DNA of 64,000 nucleotides, taken from contig CP110439.1 of assembly GCA_026914245.1 (NCBI GenBank), positions 5,456,001 to 5,520,000 on the forward strand, written 5' to 3'. The notes beneath the pieces are model-generated. The model did no database searches, was not told where the DNA came from, and was given only the letters and a program-made list of their open reading frames with translations. The first letter of the stretch is position 1; each line of letters begins with the position of its first letter. Both the position numbers and the translations under genes were made by a program. Origin of the DNA: Puccinia triticina (taxonomy: Eukaryota). This document shows, piece by piece, positions 1 to 11,836 of this stretch.

Positions 1-447
1 CTTATCTTGATCCTCAGCAAGCAACAAATGATTGCCAACGAGCGTTTCAGCTTTGTTGTACCTCTCAACATCCCCCTACACAATACAAGATTTTTGATCC
101 TTGTCTCTTTGATATGGACCACCTCACAGGCAGTCAGCACAAAACTATCCATTCCCAGCTCTGATCACGGTCTGACACTGTAGGAGCTTCATGTCACCCA
201 AGACCCACCCAATCAGATGGAATAAAGATTCCTGGATGCAATGACATGATGAGCTGGGTCAACGACAAAGCAAAATGAGAGCATGGGCTGCAGAAAAAAA
301 TTGAGAATGATGATGCTTTGTTTTCTAATTCTTCATTTTCATTGTCTCGTCTCAATATGCCATTGATCAATTTAACTGATCAAAAACTCTTTCAATATCG
401 TGTTTTTGCGTCTACTCAGGTGTCTATTAAAGAAACTCCTGAGAAAA

Positions 448-1750
448 TTACACATAAATGCTTAGCTTCATGACCCAAGCCCAAAGGGCCACCAAGAGTA
501 GACTAAGGACAGCATGGGAGAGATGCATACGGACGACGGCGTAGATCCAGAGAGCGCCCAGCGGGGGGACGCGACGCATGACAAGCAGGTACGACAGACG
601 GTTCATGATGTAGACCATGTACGAGCCGCCGATGGTCGAGAGGCCGAAGAGGAGCAGGTTTGCTAGCACTTGCTCATGGGAATGCAATGTGTAATGGATT
701 AGAAATAGCGCACTTGGGTACACCTTCCCCGTCCGGCTGAGCTCGCTCCATACCGTCAACGGCTGGCCATATTGGGCATGGATTGCCACGTCCCTTCCGG
801 TCGCGTTTTTGCCCTCAGCATCTCTCTTCTGGCGCCGTAGTGGCGGTGGCAGTTTCATTGGGAACGTACTCACAAACATACAAAGACCGTCATGAAAGGG
901 ATCGACCAGAGGAAAGTGTCGAGTGCCCGGTCGGCCCAGAGGGGCAACGTATCGATTTGGTCGGCGGGTGGCGGGTGGTCAGGGAGATTGCGCACGGTTT
1001 CCAGGTCGTCGTCATCCTCGTTATCGAGCGGATGTTTGGCGGCAGTAGGGGTTTTGAGAGTGTCGGCGAACGCGGCGCGGTCGAGGGTAGAGAACTGGAC
1101 GAGCGGCGGCGGCCTGGAGGAGGGGGAGGATGAGGAGGTGTTAGAGTAGTCATGCACTTATGCACGAACTATAGCTTAGAAACTATGTACTTACTCATCA
1201 TGTACATAGTTTCTAACCTTGTCGGTGACAGGCACCGAACCTAACCTGTCACCGACACGCGCCTACAGTCCCGGCTCTCACCTGCCCGGGCTCTCCTTTC
1301 TTTCCTCACCGAGATTGGAGACCCGGGTACCGACACGTGAGAGCTGACCCACCGCCGGACTGTATCGCGCAGGTTAGTCAGTTTGATAGCAATGTGACCG
1401 AGATTGGAGACCCGGGTACCAACACGTGAGAGCTGACCCACCGCCGGACTGTATCGCGCAGTTTCCGAGCCTTTATAGGAGGGGACATCGGCGAAGCGCC
1501 AACGAGGGATGCACTCCAGGATGCCCGTCTCGTGGATGATCTTCATCTGCGCCTCCGCCGACAGCTCCATCGCTCCCTCGCCCCCTGCCGTCGTCCCCGA
1601 GAGTGCCCTCCCGTCCTTCATGCGCCCTGTCATCTGTCCGCTGTCGTCTTCCGGCCGTCTCTGCGGGTGCCGAGGCTGCTGTTGCTCGGGATTCTGATTG
1701 GAATTTGGTCCCCGGGGGGTACCTAGCTGCCTCTCGAACGGAGGGGGCAC
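448..1750 (-). CDS. Multi-exon small fungal membrane protein gene (DUF7719-like); exon limits approximate
   Basis: Collinear minus-strand segments ELSAEAQMKIIHETGILECIP / LWADRALDTFLWSIPFMTVFVC / DVAIHAQYGQPLTVWSEL / hydrophobic C-terminus. GTGAGT donor at ~872. Family assignment is from motif recall. Confidence 0.5.
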
Positions 1751-2456
1751 CCCCCGTCCCGCACGGACTCTCCGTGGGAAAGGCTTTGACTAAGAGCATC
1801 TCCAACGGTCCGGGGGTGGATTGGTAGCAGCCCGCAACCAGATGTCCCGGACTGTCACAAACATTTCACAACAGTCCAAATTATGGACTGTCCAAACCGA
1901 GCCGGGGTGAGTTGGCCTGCCAGGCAGTCCAAGCCGTCTCCGCTTGTTCCTCTCTTGCACACTTTTCCGGGCAGGACTCCGCAGCATACGGGGCCACGGA
2001 GTCCTGACCGTAGATCCAGTGGTTCCTACTTTACGTAGGTTTTCACTGGGATCGGTGTTTGGGTCTTGGATGAGAGATCCTTTGAAACCTTCCCGGTTTC
2101 ATCAATCACAAAGAGCGGCCAGGCTACAAGTCAGCCTCCTGAGCCGGGGATTAGTGATCTAAAACAGGGGTCTCTCCTCCAGGGGCAAGGAGGAAAACAA
2201 AGGGCCGCTGTATTGACAGCAGTGAGAAAGGGGGAATAGTGCTACACCACTAACTCAGGGAGAAGCCTGAGCCTACGCAAGCCCCCCAACTTCGACCCTT
2301 AGATTCCTCTGGACCACAGACACCATCAACAAAAAGAAGAAAATAGAGACATTAATCATGTCACCACTTTGCCGCAAAAACCCGGAAAAAGGGACCCGCA
2401 AAGCAAAGTGTCCATACCGTGTGGCAACAACTAACACGCTAATATTAATACAAAAC

Positions 2457-4184
2457 TTATATCACAAACACAACCTGTTGCAAAATGCCAGATAAGTCAG
2501 CCGGAAGGTCGATCACCAACTGGTGTCGTACTTCCTGGCCAGATTGGATTCCTCTTGACAAGGCGTCCACGCTATTGTTCTTGGAAGAGACCTGCCGCGC
2601 GACAAGATTCACGTTCTCTCTGATGAGGATGGTTTGAATTTTTATCCATTCTTCATTCGTCTGGACGTCCCGTGATCTCTTGTTGTTTATTCCGTTCTCC
2701 ATCCATACCGCTAGAGTCTTACCCCTCTGGGATTGTAGCCGCACAAGCATGACCAGACCTAGGCTAACTGTGACCGTCTCAAGGTATGAAATCCGTTGCA
2801 GGCAACCTCGTGGGTCGTGTAGTTTAAACTGAGCCCAATGTTGGCCAACCAGTACCCCTACGCCAAAGGAGGTTGACGCGTCTCCTACCCAACCAATGTC
2901 AATTGGTGGACCGTAGTTAATGATGCGTGTAGGCTCGTAATTTTGTAGAGTTTCTTTCCAAACTGCCAGGTCTAGCAGGACATCTTTTGGCAGGTGGCGG
3001 GTTGCTTTCCGGTACTGCCACGACATTAGCCACCAATACAGAGAATTCAGACAAAATTTCAAATGTGGCAAGATGTAAGCCACATGGTTAAGCCTTCCTG
3101 CAAGGACCTCCACTTGCTTGTACGTAAAATTGTCTTTTTCAACGAGGAAAGGTGAAAGTTGCAACAGCCGTTTCTCACTTTTGCCGTCCGGCAGGCGTAC
3201 AGTCTTCTCAACCCCGTTCCAAACAAAACTTATAAATTTTTGTTCTGCCGCGAAAGGTGAGAACTTCTTTTCATTTGTTAAAACCCCTAGTTTCTTAGAT
3301 TTTGCTACAACGTCTTCCATTTCTGTGTTTCCACCAAGTAGCCTGACAAAAAGGTTGTCATCAACCCATCAGAAAATGGTTATCAGGTCAAAATGAGATT
3401 CCATAATCTTCTTCCAGGCGTCTGCTGGCCTCACAAAAGAGCCGCAGCCTGCCACCCCCCCAAAAGTAATCTGAGTGTCAAGCAAAAAACTGCCATTGAA
3501 ATCTTTTACCATTAAATATTTCCATTGATTCATTCGTGTGGGGATTTGCCGGTAGGCTTTCTCCCAATCAAACAGAGCCAACTCAAGATGCCTACTCTTG
3601 CCAGCAAAGAATTTTGATACCGTATTAAAGTCATCCCAAGTGGTATTGAAATCCCTCTTGTTCACAAATGAATTTACGGACTTGATGTTTGCGTTGTTTC
3701 TTGGGTAAGACAGATCATTGATTGGTCTTATTGCCCTGTTGTTGTTCACTACCGCGCCCAGAGGATTAGACCTGAAAAAGTTGAATCTAGTGTTAACTTC
3801 TTCTTGAGTGAATGGTCCAAACATGCAACCCGCTAGTAAATCTTTTGTAATTGACTCTTCAATTTTTTCCTTTGCCTTTTCTGAAAAGCTATGATTGTCC
3901 GGAGTAAAAAACCGTAAACCTTCTAATTGGTGATCAGGTATACCTTGGTCAAAACCAAACTCAAAACCGTGCAACACGTCCGCATACTCTTCGAGCAACC
4001 CGTAACTTGTTAGACAATCCCTCCATTCCGCCAGGTTCATCTTGCATGTTACTCTCAAAGGCCAGGCACAAGTCAGATCTTCAGCTTGGGGGTTCAACAA
4101 ACTTTTGTTAGACCTATCTTGTTCCTTGCAAAGTCTGTAGAGTGATACAACATTTTTTGTTTTGAAAAAGCATAGAAATAACAC
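2457..4184 (-). pseudogene. Reverse transcriptase-RNase H ORF with in-frame stop
   Basis: ORFs 3369-4184 and 2457-3320 share a frame: ...LITIF*WVDDNLFVRLLGGNTEMEDVV. The TGA at 3369-3371 is probably a mutated CGA (FRWVDD). Confidence 0.9.
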
Positions 4185-5815
4185 CCAATCTCAGAAAAAT
4201 TGAACCAACAATCATGGGTTGAATTCAAAGAAAGAACAATTGTTTGATTGATTGAAATGCCATGTCACAACACAACAATAAATGCACTAAAACTGGGAAA
4301 AAATTAAAGAAACCAGAGCCTACTGAGGATCTTTTTCCTTTGAGGGGGCTTTACCACCGGCATCTCTCCTGTTAGAGTTTCTAGAGGGCCCTTGCTCTTT
4401 CTCAAAACTTCCGCGGCCTCTGCCAAATGAATTCCTGTAGGAGCCTGAAAAATTGTTGTTGCTTTTGAAACAATCCCGGTTTTGTTTCCCATAACTGTTA
4501 TCTTGCGCATAACGGTTATAACCATTGAAATCTGGTTGATTTTGATGTCCTCCGTAACAATCGCCAAAACCGCGCCCGCCAAAACCTCCACGGCCGCGTC
4601 CAGAAGATCTGCCCTCATTCCTTCCTGACAAATCTTCCACCGCTTTTGCTTTTGATTCCTTTGGTCTGCGGGTTTTTGGATTGTAACCAAACTTCTTCCC
4701 TCCATAAGCGTAAGGGTTATCGGTGAATTCTAGTTTGTTCAGATCTTTCGTCACGTTATAGGCCCTGAGTCAAACATCCTCTCTAAAGACGAAGATATTT
4801 ATCGCTGAAACAACCCCTTCATCTACAGGCACTTGATACGAGAAAATATTCTGTCTCACTATCTTATCGTATTGAAAACCAGTCAAAAATTTATGTTCTC
4901 CTATGATGTAGTCCACGTTAGCTTTATGTTGTAAGATCCATTCCGCAAAATCTGGGAAGTTGTAAAGATCTTTATACGTCCTATAGAAATTTCTGTGGTT
5001 AGAGGTCCACTTTGCAAATGTTTGAGTCCATTTGTTAGGATACTCGTATCTGGCGTAACTACTGTCCTTCTCATCAGACCTGGATCACTTATTTGTATGC
5101 GCTTGAATCACATCAGAACCCCGGAAGGGGCCTTTCAAGCCGCCTTATGTAGGCTCCAGCCAAACTTTAAAAAAATATACGTGTACACAATGAGTTATTT
5201 GAATTTATCTATTCTGCCATCACCACTTTTGCTTTTTAAACCCCTGTACAGGATTAATATGGGTTTAAAGGTGTCACTACACATACTTTTGTTGATGCAT
5301 TGAGCCAGGGTAGCTGTAGGTAGGGGCTGTAACGTTTGGATACGTACATAAGGCGGCTTGGAAGACCCCTTCCAGGGTCCTATCACATCCTCTTGCCAAT
5401 CTTTGTCAAAGATGGTCAAAGGTAAGGGCCCTCTGAATTCACGGATGTTTTTGTCAAAAAACGGAGTAAAGCCCACATCAAAATGTTTTGGGAGCAATCC
5501 TTTGATAAAAACAATGGTTGTTTTGTCTCCTTTGGCAGTGTTAGAAGAGGGACTGTTGCCGTCTGTCGACTTTGATCTCGCAATCGCGGGTTTCAACATA
5601 TTCAAACAATCACTTGCAACTTCTTCAGATGATTGATCTTTTGCCAAATTGGAAGAAGGATCAGACATCTTGTTGTACATCCTATAGAAAAAATCGGTGT
5701 TTTCTTTATTGCCTTTTGCCACTGCTTCGGCTACTTTTTCCCACATCATCCCTTTATCTGATTTCACCAAGCTGAGAGATCCAACGTCCGGACAATTGTG
5801 AGTTGCCGGAGTATC

Positions 5816-6734
5816 TGTTAGATTATGAATAAGCCCCCCATGTCTCATTATGAATACGCAGCATCCGCCACATCAAACTATCCAATTCTCACTAGCATCC
5901 AAAGAAAAGTACTGGTTGCAAACCTAACCTTGCTTTTCACTCCACATCAAAAGCAAATCATGCACGCACAATCTTGCTGGTCTTTTCCTCACGCGTTTAT
6001 ATCATCATACTCGTGAGGAAGAGACTAGTAAGCACATCAACATTTCTCTGACATCACCACAACCCCAAACAACCCAAAACTAATCCCGCACTCTCCCCAT
6101 TTCCCTCTTTTTCTATTTTCTATCCCGTATTTTATTCCCTCATCCTCTCCTCAAAATCTAGACATTAAAACTCTTGCGCGCGTCCCTCGTCATCCCCAAA
6201 AACCAAAACTCAAATCAAATAATCCCTGCGCCATCGCAGGTATGCTATTTCACATCCTTTTCTTTATTGCGTGTACATAACATCAATCTAATCAATCATT
6301 TATTTTGTCTTATCTTTTTCATCTTCACGTTGTTTTTTCTTTTCTAGGTGTGTTGCTTAAAACAAGCTGTGCTGTTGGAGTCGTCGTCATTGTTCTTACA
6401 AAGATTTAACTACTATCATCTCAGGTTCGCTATTTTGTCATACATTATTATTGTTTACTTCTTCTCTTTATTTCATGTTCTACAAAAAAAATCATGCATT
6501 TATATCATCATACTTGTGAGGAAGAGACTACCTCACCTCAAAATCTAGGCATTAAAACTCTTGCGCGCGTCCCTCGTCATCCCCAAAAACCAAAACTCAA
6601 ATCAAATAATCCCTGCGCCATTGCAGGTGTGTTGCTTAAAACAAGCTGTGCTGTTGGAGTTGTCGTCATTGTTCTTACAAAGATTTAACTACTATCATCT
6701 CAGGAACATACTTTGTATTATCCTAAAATTTACA
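5816..6734 (+). mobile_element. Solo LTR (TGTTA...TTACA, probably Copia-type) inserted in the gag-like ORF; contains introns plus a spliced duplicate
   Basis: TSD GTATC at 5811-5815 and 6735-6739. Removing it rejoins the minus-strand ORF ...AINDPVDT|PATHNCPDVG. Confidence 0.9.
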
Positions 6735-8073
6735 GTATCCACAGGATCATTGATTGCAATTGATGGGATTGTAGCGTTGACTTCACCTCTTGTCACCCAA
6801 ACCTCCGATCCTCCAAGCCCAACTTGGGGAACACTTGAAAGTATTGCTTTGTACTTGGCTGCTATCGCCTCAGCAGACTTATCAACGGATTCAATCAGTC
6901 CTGGAATTTCTGATAAACCATCACGTTTGATACATAAGTATTCCCTATAATTATTATTGCCACTCTTTGACTTAGAGGGCTAACCTTTAAAAGCATCACT
7001 ATCATTGCTGTCTGTGTTTTCATTGATGACCTGTCGGGTCCCATCGCAAGTATTGTTCTTGTGACACATATCTAGCATAAGGACGTCATCAAAACGATGA
7101 ACATCATAAACAATGACAACAATAAGCATGCCAACAACTTAGGCTGCTGAGGGAGTTATTAAGGACAACTAACCGTTTGATGAAGTTTCCAAACTTCCTC
7201 AAAACTCACGGTCATTGTTTCTAGTCTTGCGATCCACACGCGAATCTGATAAACAGATTGTTCTAAATTAGAATTTCTCCATGTCGTGAACACAAGCCAA
7301 CAACTTGGGCCTCTATTGATATGCAAGCCAATAACTTTGGTTGCAAAAATGTTACTAACCACCCAAGTTACCACTTAAATTGGCCTCTTCAGGTAAACCA
7401 AGGGTCACTCTCTCTCTCTCTCCACGCCTACTATTGCTCATCCCTTCGCCGGTTGTTTCTGCGCCAATCTACGAGTTGCTTGTTTTACCATTTCATTGAC
7501 CATGTTGAAAACGCTATGGTGTTTAGAAAGAAGAAGATTTTGAAAAGGACGAAAGAACAAAAAAAGGAAAAAAGGAGTCGACTGAGAGAGGAAAACCTTC
7601 AGACAGCACTGCAGGCGGGAGTTTGGAGGTTGAAACTCTTGGTGGGGTAGGGAAGAGGTTTTAGGTTATAACCTAAACTGACTCTGCTCGGGAGTCGCAC
7701 GTGTGAGTGGAGCACGGGCCTTGTCCCTGTGCTCTCCTACACCTCCCGGTCTGGCCTGTTCCTCAAGCTCGCGTACTTGTACCTGGGTGACCTCCCCTAG
7801 CAGTCCGGTCACCGTCAATGAACCCGGCAACAAGCGCTCATCCAACGGCCCAAAAAATACAATAGTGGTATTCAAAATTGGCATCATAAATTCATAGATG
7901 CATAAATTCATAAAATCATAAAAAAATGGCAGGGGGGCTTGATTTATGATTTTATGAATTTTGACAACCCCATCTTTGCAGCACCCCCGGTCGTCATACA
8001 TACCAGCTCAAGGACAACGACTCCAGGCGCACCTCTCACCTTCAACCCCGGCCAGTTGTTACCTTTCTCCTCG

Positions 8074-9698
8074 ATGATGCCTCGCAAGACAGATCGTCAA
8101 CACCTCCACGAGGAAGTCAAATTCACGCTTGTCACAAGCCTATGGAAGATGCAAATGGCCGATTGCCTCTCGATCAAACCCTTTTGGTCCAATCCGCTGA
8201 ACAAACTCTCGTTTTCATTCACAAAGCTTGCTATTCTCAAAAAGATTAAATTCCCCGACAACGTCATCAGGCAGCATGTTTACCTGATGCTGGCTAATTT
8301 TCAGTATTGCCAATCAAGTTTGGCTTTTGAATGGAACTGGGCTCGATATAATGATCTTCTCTGCAATAACCGGTTACTCATGCTGCTCAGTTTCCTTGAT
8401 GACCTCTCAAGAACTCAATATCTTGTTTCTCGAGTTACTCGACCTCAAATTGCTTCACTCCCACGGACATTTGATGTGTTAACAGCAACCGGTGGAACAA
8501 TGTTCATGAAATGGGTCAGTCTTTTTGAGGCAATGCATTGGGTCATTGTTGATGCAAGCTCATAAGATTTTAATAGGCTTGGATGTCCCTAGAAAGCTTC
8601 TTAAGCCTTGTATCCGCAATTAAAAACCATCACGTCTTTTACAATAATTCTAACCATGCCCAAGCCCCAGTCAAATGGCAGCTCTTAGTCGCATTATCTC
8701 ATCTTGGCCTATCCGGCAATGGTGGCTCGCCACTTGTTATCGGCCAGCTTTTCAATATCTGTGGTGAGTGATATAACATGGGCTTTGCCCAAGTACTTTT
8801 TCCAAAGCTCATGTGGTTGTTTTCCCAGAGGGGTCAGTTGAAAATTACACAAACCGCTGTATTTTGGCGATCATTGATAAACTCAAAGAGCAGCAGGTGT
8901 ATTGGCCGAGTCCTGAAGCTTGCGCGATATCTTGCTCAGAACGTCAAGGAAGGACTGTCTTCAATCAATGTGTCGGCTTCGTGGATGGCACAATTTTTCC
9001 TCTTGCAAGTGCTCCGACAAAGCACAAGGAAGACTATTGGATGTGAAAAATGGTATACGCTGTAAATTCTATGTTTGTTTGTGACTCAAGCAAGAGAATT
9101 ATCTATGCCGTTCACGGGTGGTGTGGAAGTGCACACGATCAAAGGGTTTTTAAAAACTCTCAGGTAAGAGAGCTTGATCTTATCTTCAATAATGGTGTAT
9201 GTTGCTGAAAATCTTATTCGCTCTCATTTAAACAAGCTCTGCATCCAACCCGCAAATTTCTTTTCGCAAGGAGAATACATTTTGGCTGATTCAGCTTACA
9301 CGGCATTGGCAACAGTTGTACCAGCGTTCAAACGGTCAGGTGGCCAATCTCTGCCCGAGCCGAAGCAGCGATTTAACAAGGCCTTAAGTTGACAACAAGT
9401 TGCTGTAGAGCATACAATTGGGATGCTAAAAAATCGTTGGCAGTCCCTTAAGATAGTTTCTCTGCAGATACACGGCCAAAAAACTGCACAGCGTCTGAAT
9501 TGTTGGATCAGAGCATGTGTGACCCTACATAATTTTCTCATCCAAAAGAACAATACAACCTGGGACGACCTTTGGCAGCCACTAAACTCTGAACAGAGTG
9601 ATGACACGGAGGATGACACTGTGTCCTGCGAAGACATCAGATGTCGTGATGCCCTTTTTCGCGAATTCTGTCTTCGAAATGGGTTGAGTTTGGCTTAA
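8074..9698 (+). pseudogene. HARBI1/DDE_Tnp_4-like transposase, intron-containing, with premature stops
   Basis: Motifs CVGFVDGT, GWCGSAHD, YILADSAY, VEHTIGMLKNRWQSL, ACVTLHNF. TGA stops at ~9044 and ~9390. Confidence 0.88.
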
Positions 9699-10019
9699 AT
9701 TGTTTCATTTCAATATTTTTTAATGACCTCAGTCTCAAAAACAAAGGGACCAATACCGAGATGACTTGTAAAAAGAAAACAATTGAGAAAGCTATATTGT
9801 TTCACCGTGTTTGGCTAAGCTGTGTCTCAAGAATACTTGCAAATAGAACATGATTGAGAAAAATGAATCAGAATAAGCCCTTCACACAATGGATAATTGT
9901 GAAGGACAAATGATCACTGCAAGCTCACCAAAAGAATCCATTCATTGTGATTCTGGTCCTATGAAGTGCGCGGCAGTGTCCATGGCCTCAGACAGAGAGA
10001 GGCCAGATTGAAGAAATTC

Positions 10020-11351
10020 TCAAACCATCCTTGCTCGTGCAAATGGCCCATTCAATTGTTCCTCTATCTGACGGATGCTTGCTTGCTCTCGGGTGATTTG
10101 AAGCTGTCGATGTTCAATATCCAAGCGGAGCTGTTGGAGCTGAAGTTCTATCCGTTCTTGGTTATCCGCATCGGCTTGCATCCCTTGGCAAAACGCTGCG
10201 GCCAGCTCAATGTTGGCCTGAACCATTCGCATTTCCGAGTTTAAGCGATCTCAATTCAAGGATAACTGAGCATTGGACTGAGCCATCATCTCCTTGCGGG
10301 TGGGGAAGATCCAATTGGTAATCCGCTCGGCATAATTCGGGCGTTGCTGAGACTGAGGCTGAGTGCGACTCTCCAATTGCAAAGGTTGAGGGGTCGGGCT
10401 TGCGAGATTGCCTGTTGCTGACTGAACTCTGCTTGAGGAGGATTCCGGACCTTGAGGAAGCGTGCCAGTAGAGCCAGCAGGAGCAGTGTTCTGAGATTGA
10501 TTGGGTCTGATTCCCTCATCATTCTCATCAATATGCATATCATCGTTTGGGCAATCATTGCCCTCCCAACCGCTGTTGCTCCATTCTGAGGGAGTGGACT
10601 GGCGATTTTGTGTGCTCCCAACATTGAGTGCCTCTTCCAGACCCGTATCATTCCCTCGCCTAAGCTCATGCAGGTCCAGAGGCCTAGAAGATGGCCGGTC
10701 TTTCATGATTGGTTCTAATTCATAGAAATACTTGCATTTCTTTCAAATTTTCACCTCAATTTCATTCCGCGCATTTTCCACGTGGTCCTCGATCTCTGAC
10801 ATATTTTCATCCGCCTTGTCTTGCCGCGCCCGCTCTTCTGCCTCGTCCATGATGCCCTGGCCAGTTTGATTTCGAAATGCCAGAACCTTACAGAAATTTC
10901 TCTCAAGGGTCGAGATCTAAAAACCCGGCAGCCCAAAAAAACTCAGATAATCCATCGCAAGCATGGAAAAGGCTGAACTAGGGGTACACACTTGCTGCTC
11001 GACTCCGCGCCATTCACGTTGTGCTGCACCATTGTCAACAAGGTAAGTCACAATCCTTTCAGAAACGTCTTGCTTGCTTACTCGTCCGCTGCGCCAGAGG
11101 TCGTAGTTGCCTTGTACAGTCAGCCAATTAACAATGAGATCAAGGCTGGACTTTCCATCCGCGTTGCGGTCTCGAGTCCATGAGACCATGGGTCTCTGCC
11201 CGCCCGAGGTGGGACCGTTTGATTCCCTAATGTTTCTGCGCTCTGCTGAACGAGCTTGTTGGCGACGGCGGTGCGCTGAGCTGGTTGACATAGAGTCCAC
11301 GGACCGTGATTGAGATTGAGTCGATAGAGGCGATTGGATTGATTCAGACAT
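10020..11351 (-). pseudogene. Harbinger-group ORF2 (Myb/SANT-like DNA-binding accessory protein), disrupted
   Basis: SWTRD...SSLDLIVNWLTVQGNYDLWR and KCKYFYELEPIMKDRPS motifs, a C-terminal coiled coil, and an internal stop at ~10251. Confidence 0.75.
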
Positions 11352-11652
11352 TGCAATTTGGATTTGTTTGGCGTATTTATGATTTATGTGGGGGGGAGGT
11401 TAGGGGTTCGGGGGGTGCATAAATTTTTTGTCATCAATTTTTATGATTTATGCATCTATGAATTTATGATGCCAATTTTGAATACCACTAATCCTCCATC
11501 AAAATGGATCTGGTTGAGATGCTCAGACCAAGGAAGAAGTAGCTACTAGCAAGGCCTCTGAAGACAATTTCATCAGTTCCTTCTGCAATATCAAGCCATC
11601 CAAGACAGTTTTTTTACTCGTTTCTTGATTGACAAGAAAAATATTGTTTATT

Positions 11653-11833
11653 TATGGTGTTCAAAGTTGGTTTGCATAATTTTATGCATGCATAAATCAT
11701 AAAATCATAAAATCTTTTTTGCAGGGGATGTGATTGTCTGATTATGTAATGCAAAATTTCCTCACCAAAATATTTTCATGATTTTATGATTTATGCATGC
11801 ATAAAATTATGCAAACCAACTTTGAACACCATA
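11653..11833. mobile_element. MITE of the same PHIS family
   Basis: TIR TATGGTGTTCAAAGTTGGTTTGCATAA with ATT TSD. Confidence 0.85.
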
Positions 11834-11836
11834 ATT

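Larger units (their letters stand above)
1990..7400 (-). mobile_element. Degenerate DIRS/Ngaro-type retrotransposon (gag-like, RT, RNase H); ends approximate
   Basis: RT motifs RPINDLSYP, LFDWEKAYRQIP, FGGVAGCGSF, WVDD. RNase H motifs WVGDASTSFG and DALSRG. Gag-like ORFs 4320-5815 continue beyond 6739. Confidence 0.85.
7864..11489. mobile_element. PIF/Harbinger-group (PHIS, Pangu-like) DNA transposon with two convergent ORFs
   Basis: TIR of >40 bp AGTGGTATTCAAAATTGGCATCATAAATTCATAGATGCATAAA at both ends, with AAT duplicated on both sides. Confidence 0.9.

Noticed and set aside
5996..6703. Split direct repeats of the DIRS/Ngaro element
   Set aside because: The repeats lie within a TG..CA insert with its own 5-bp TSD that interrupts gag, so they belong to a separate LTR.
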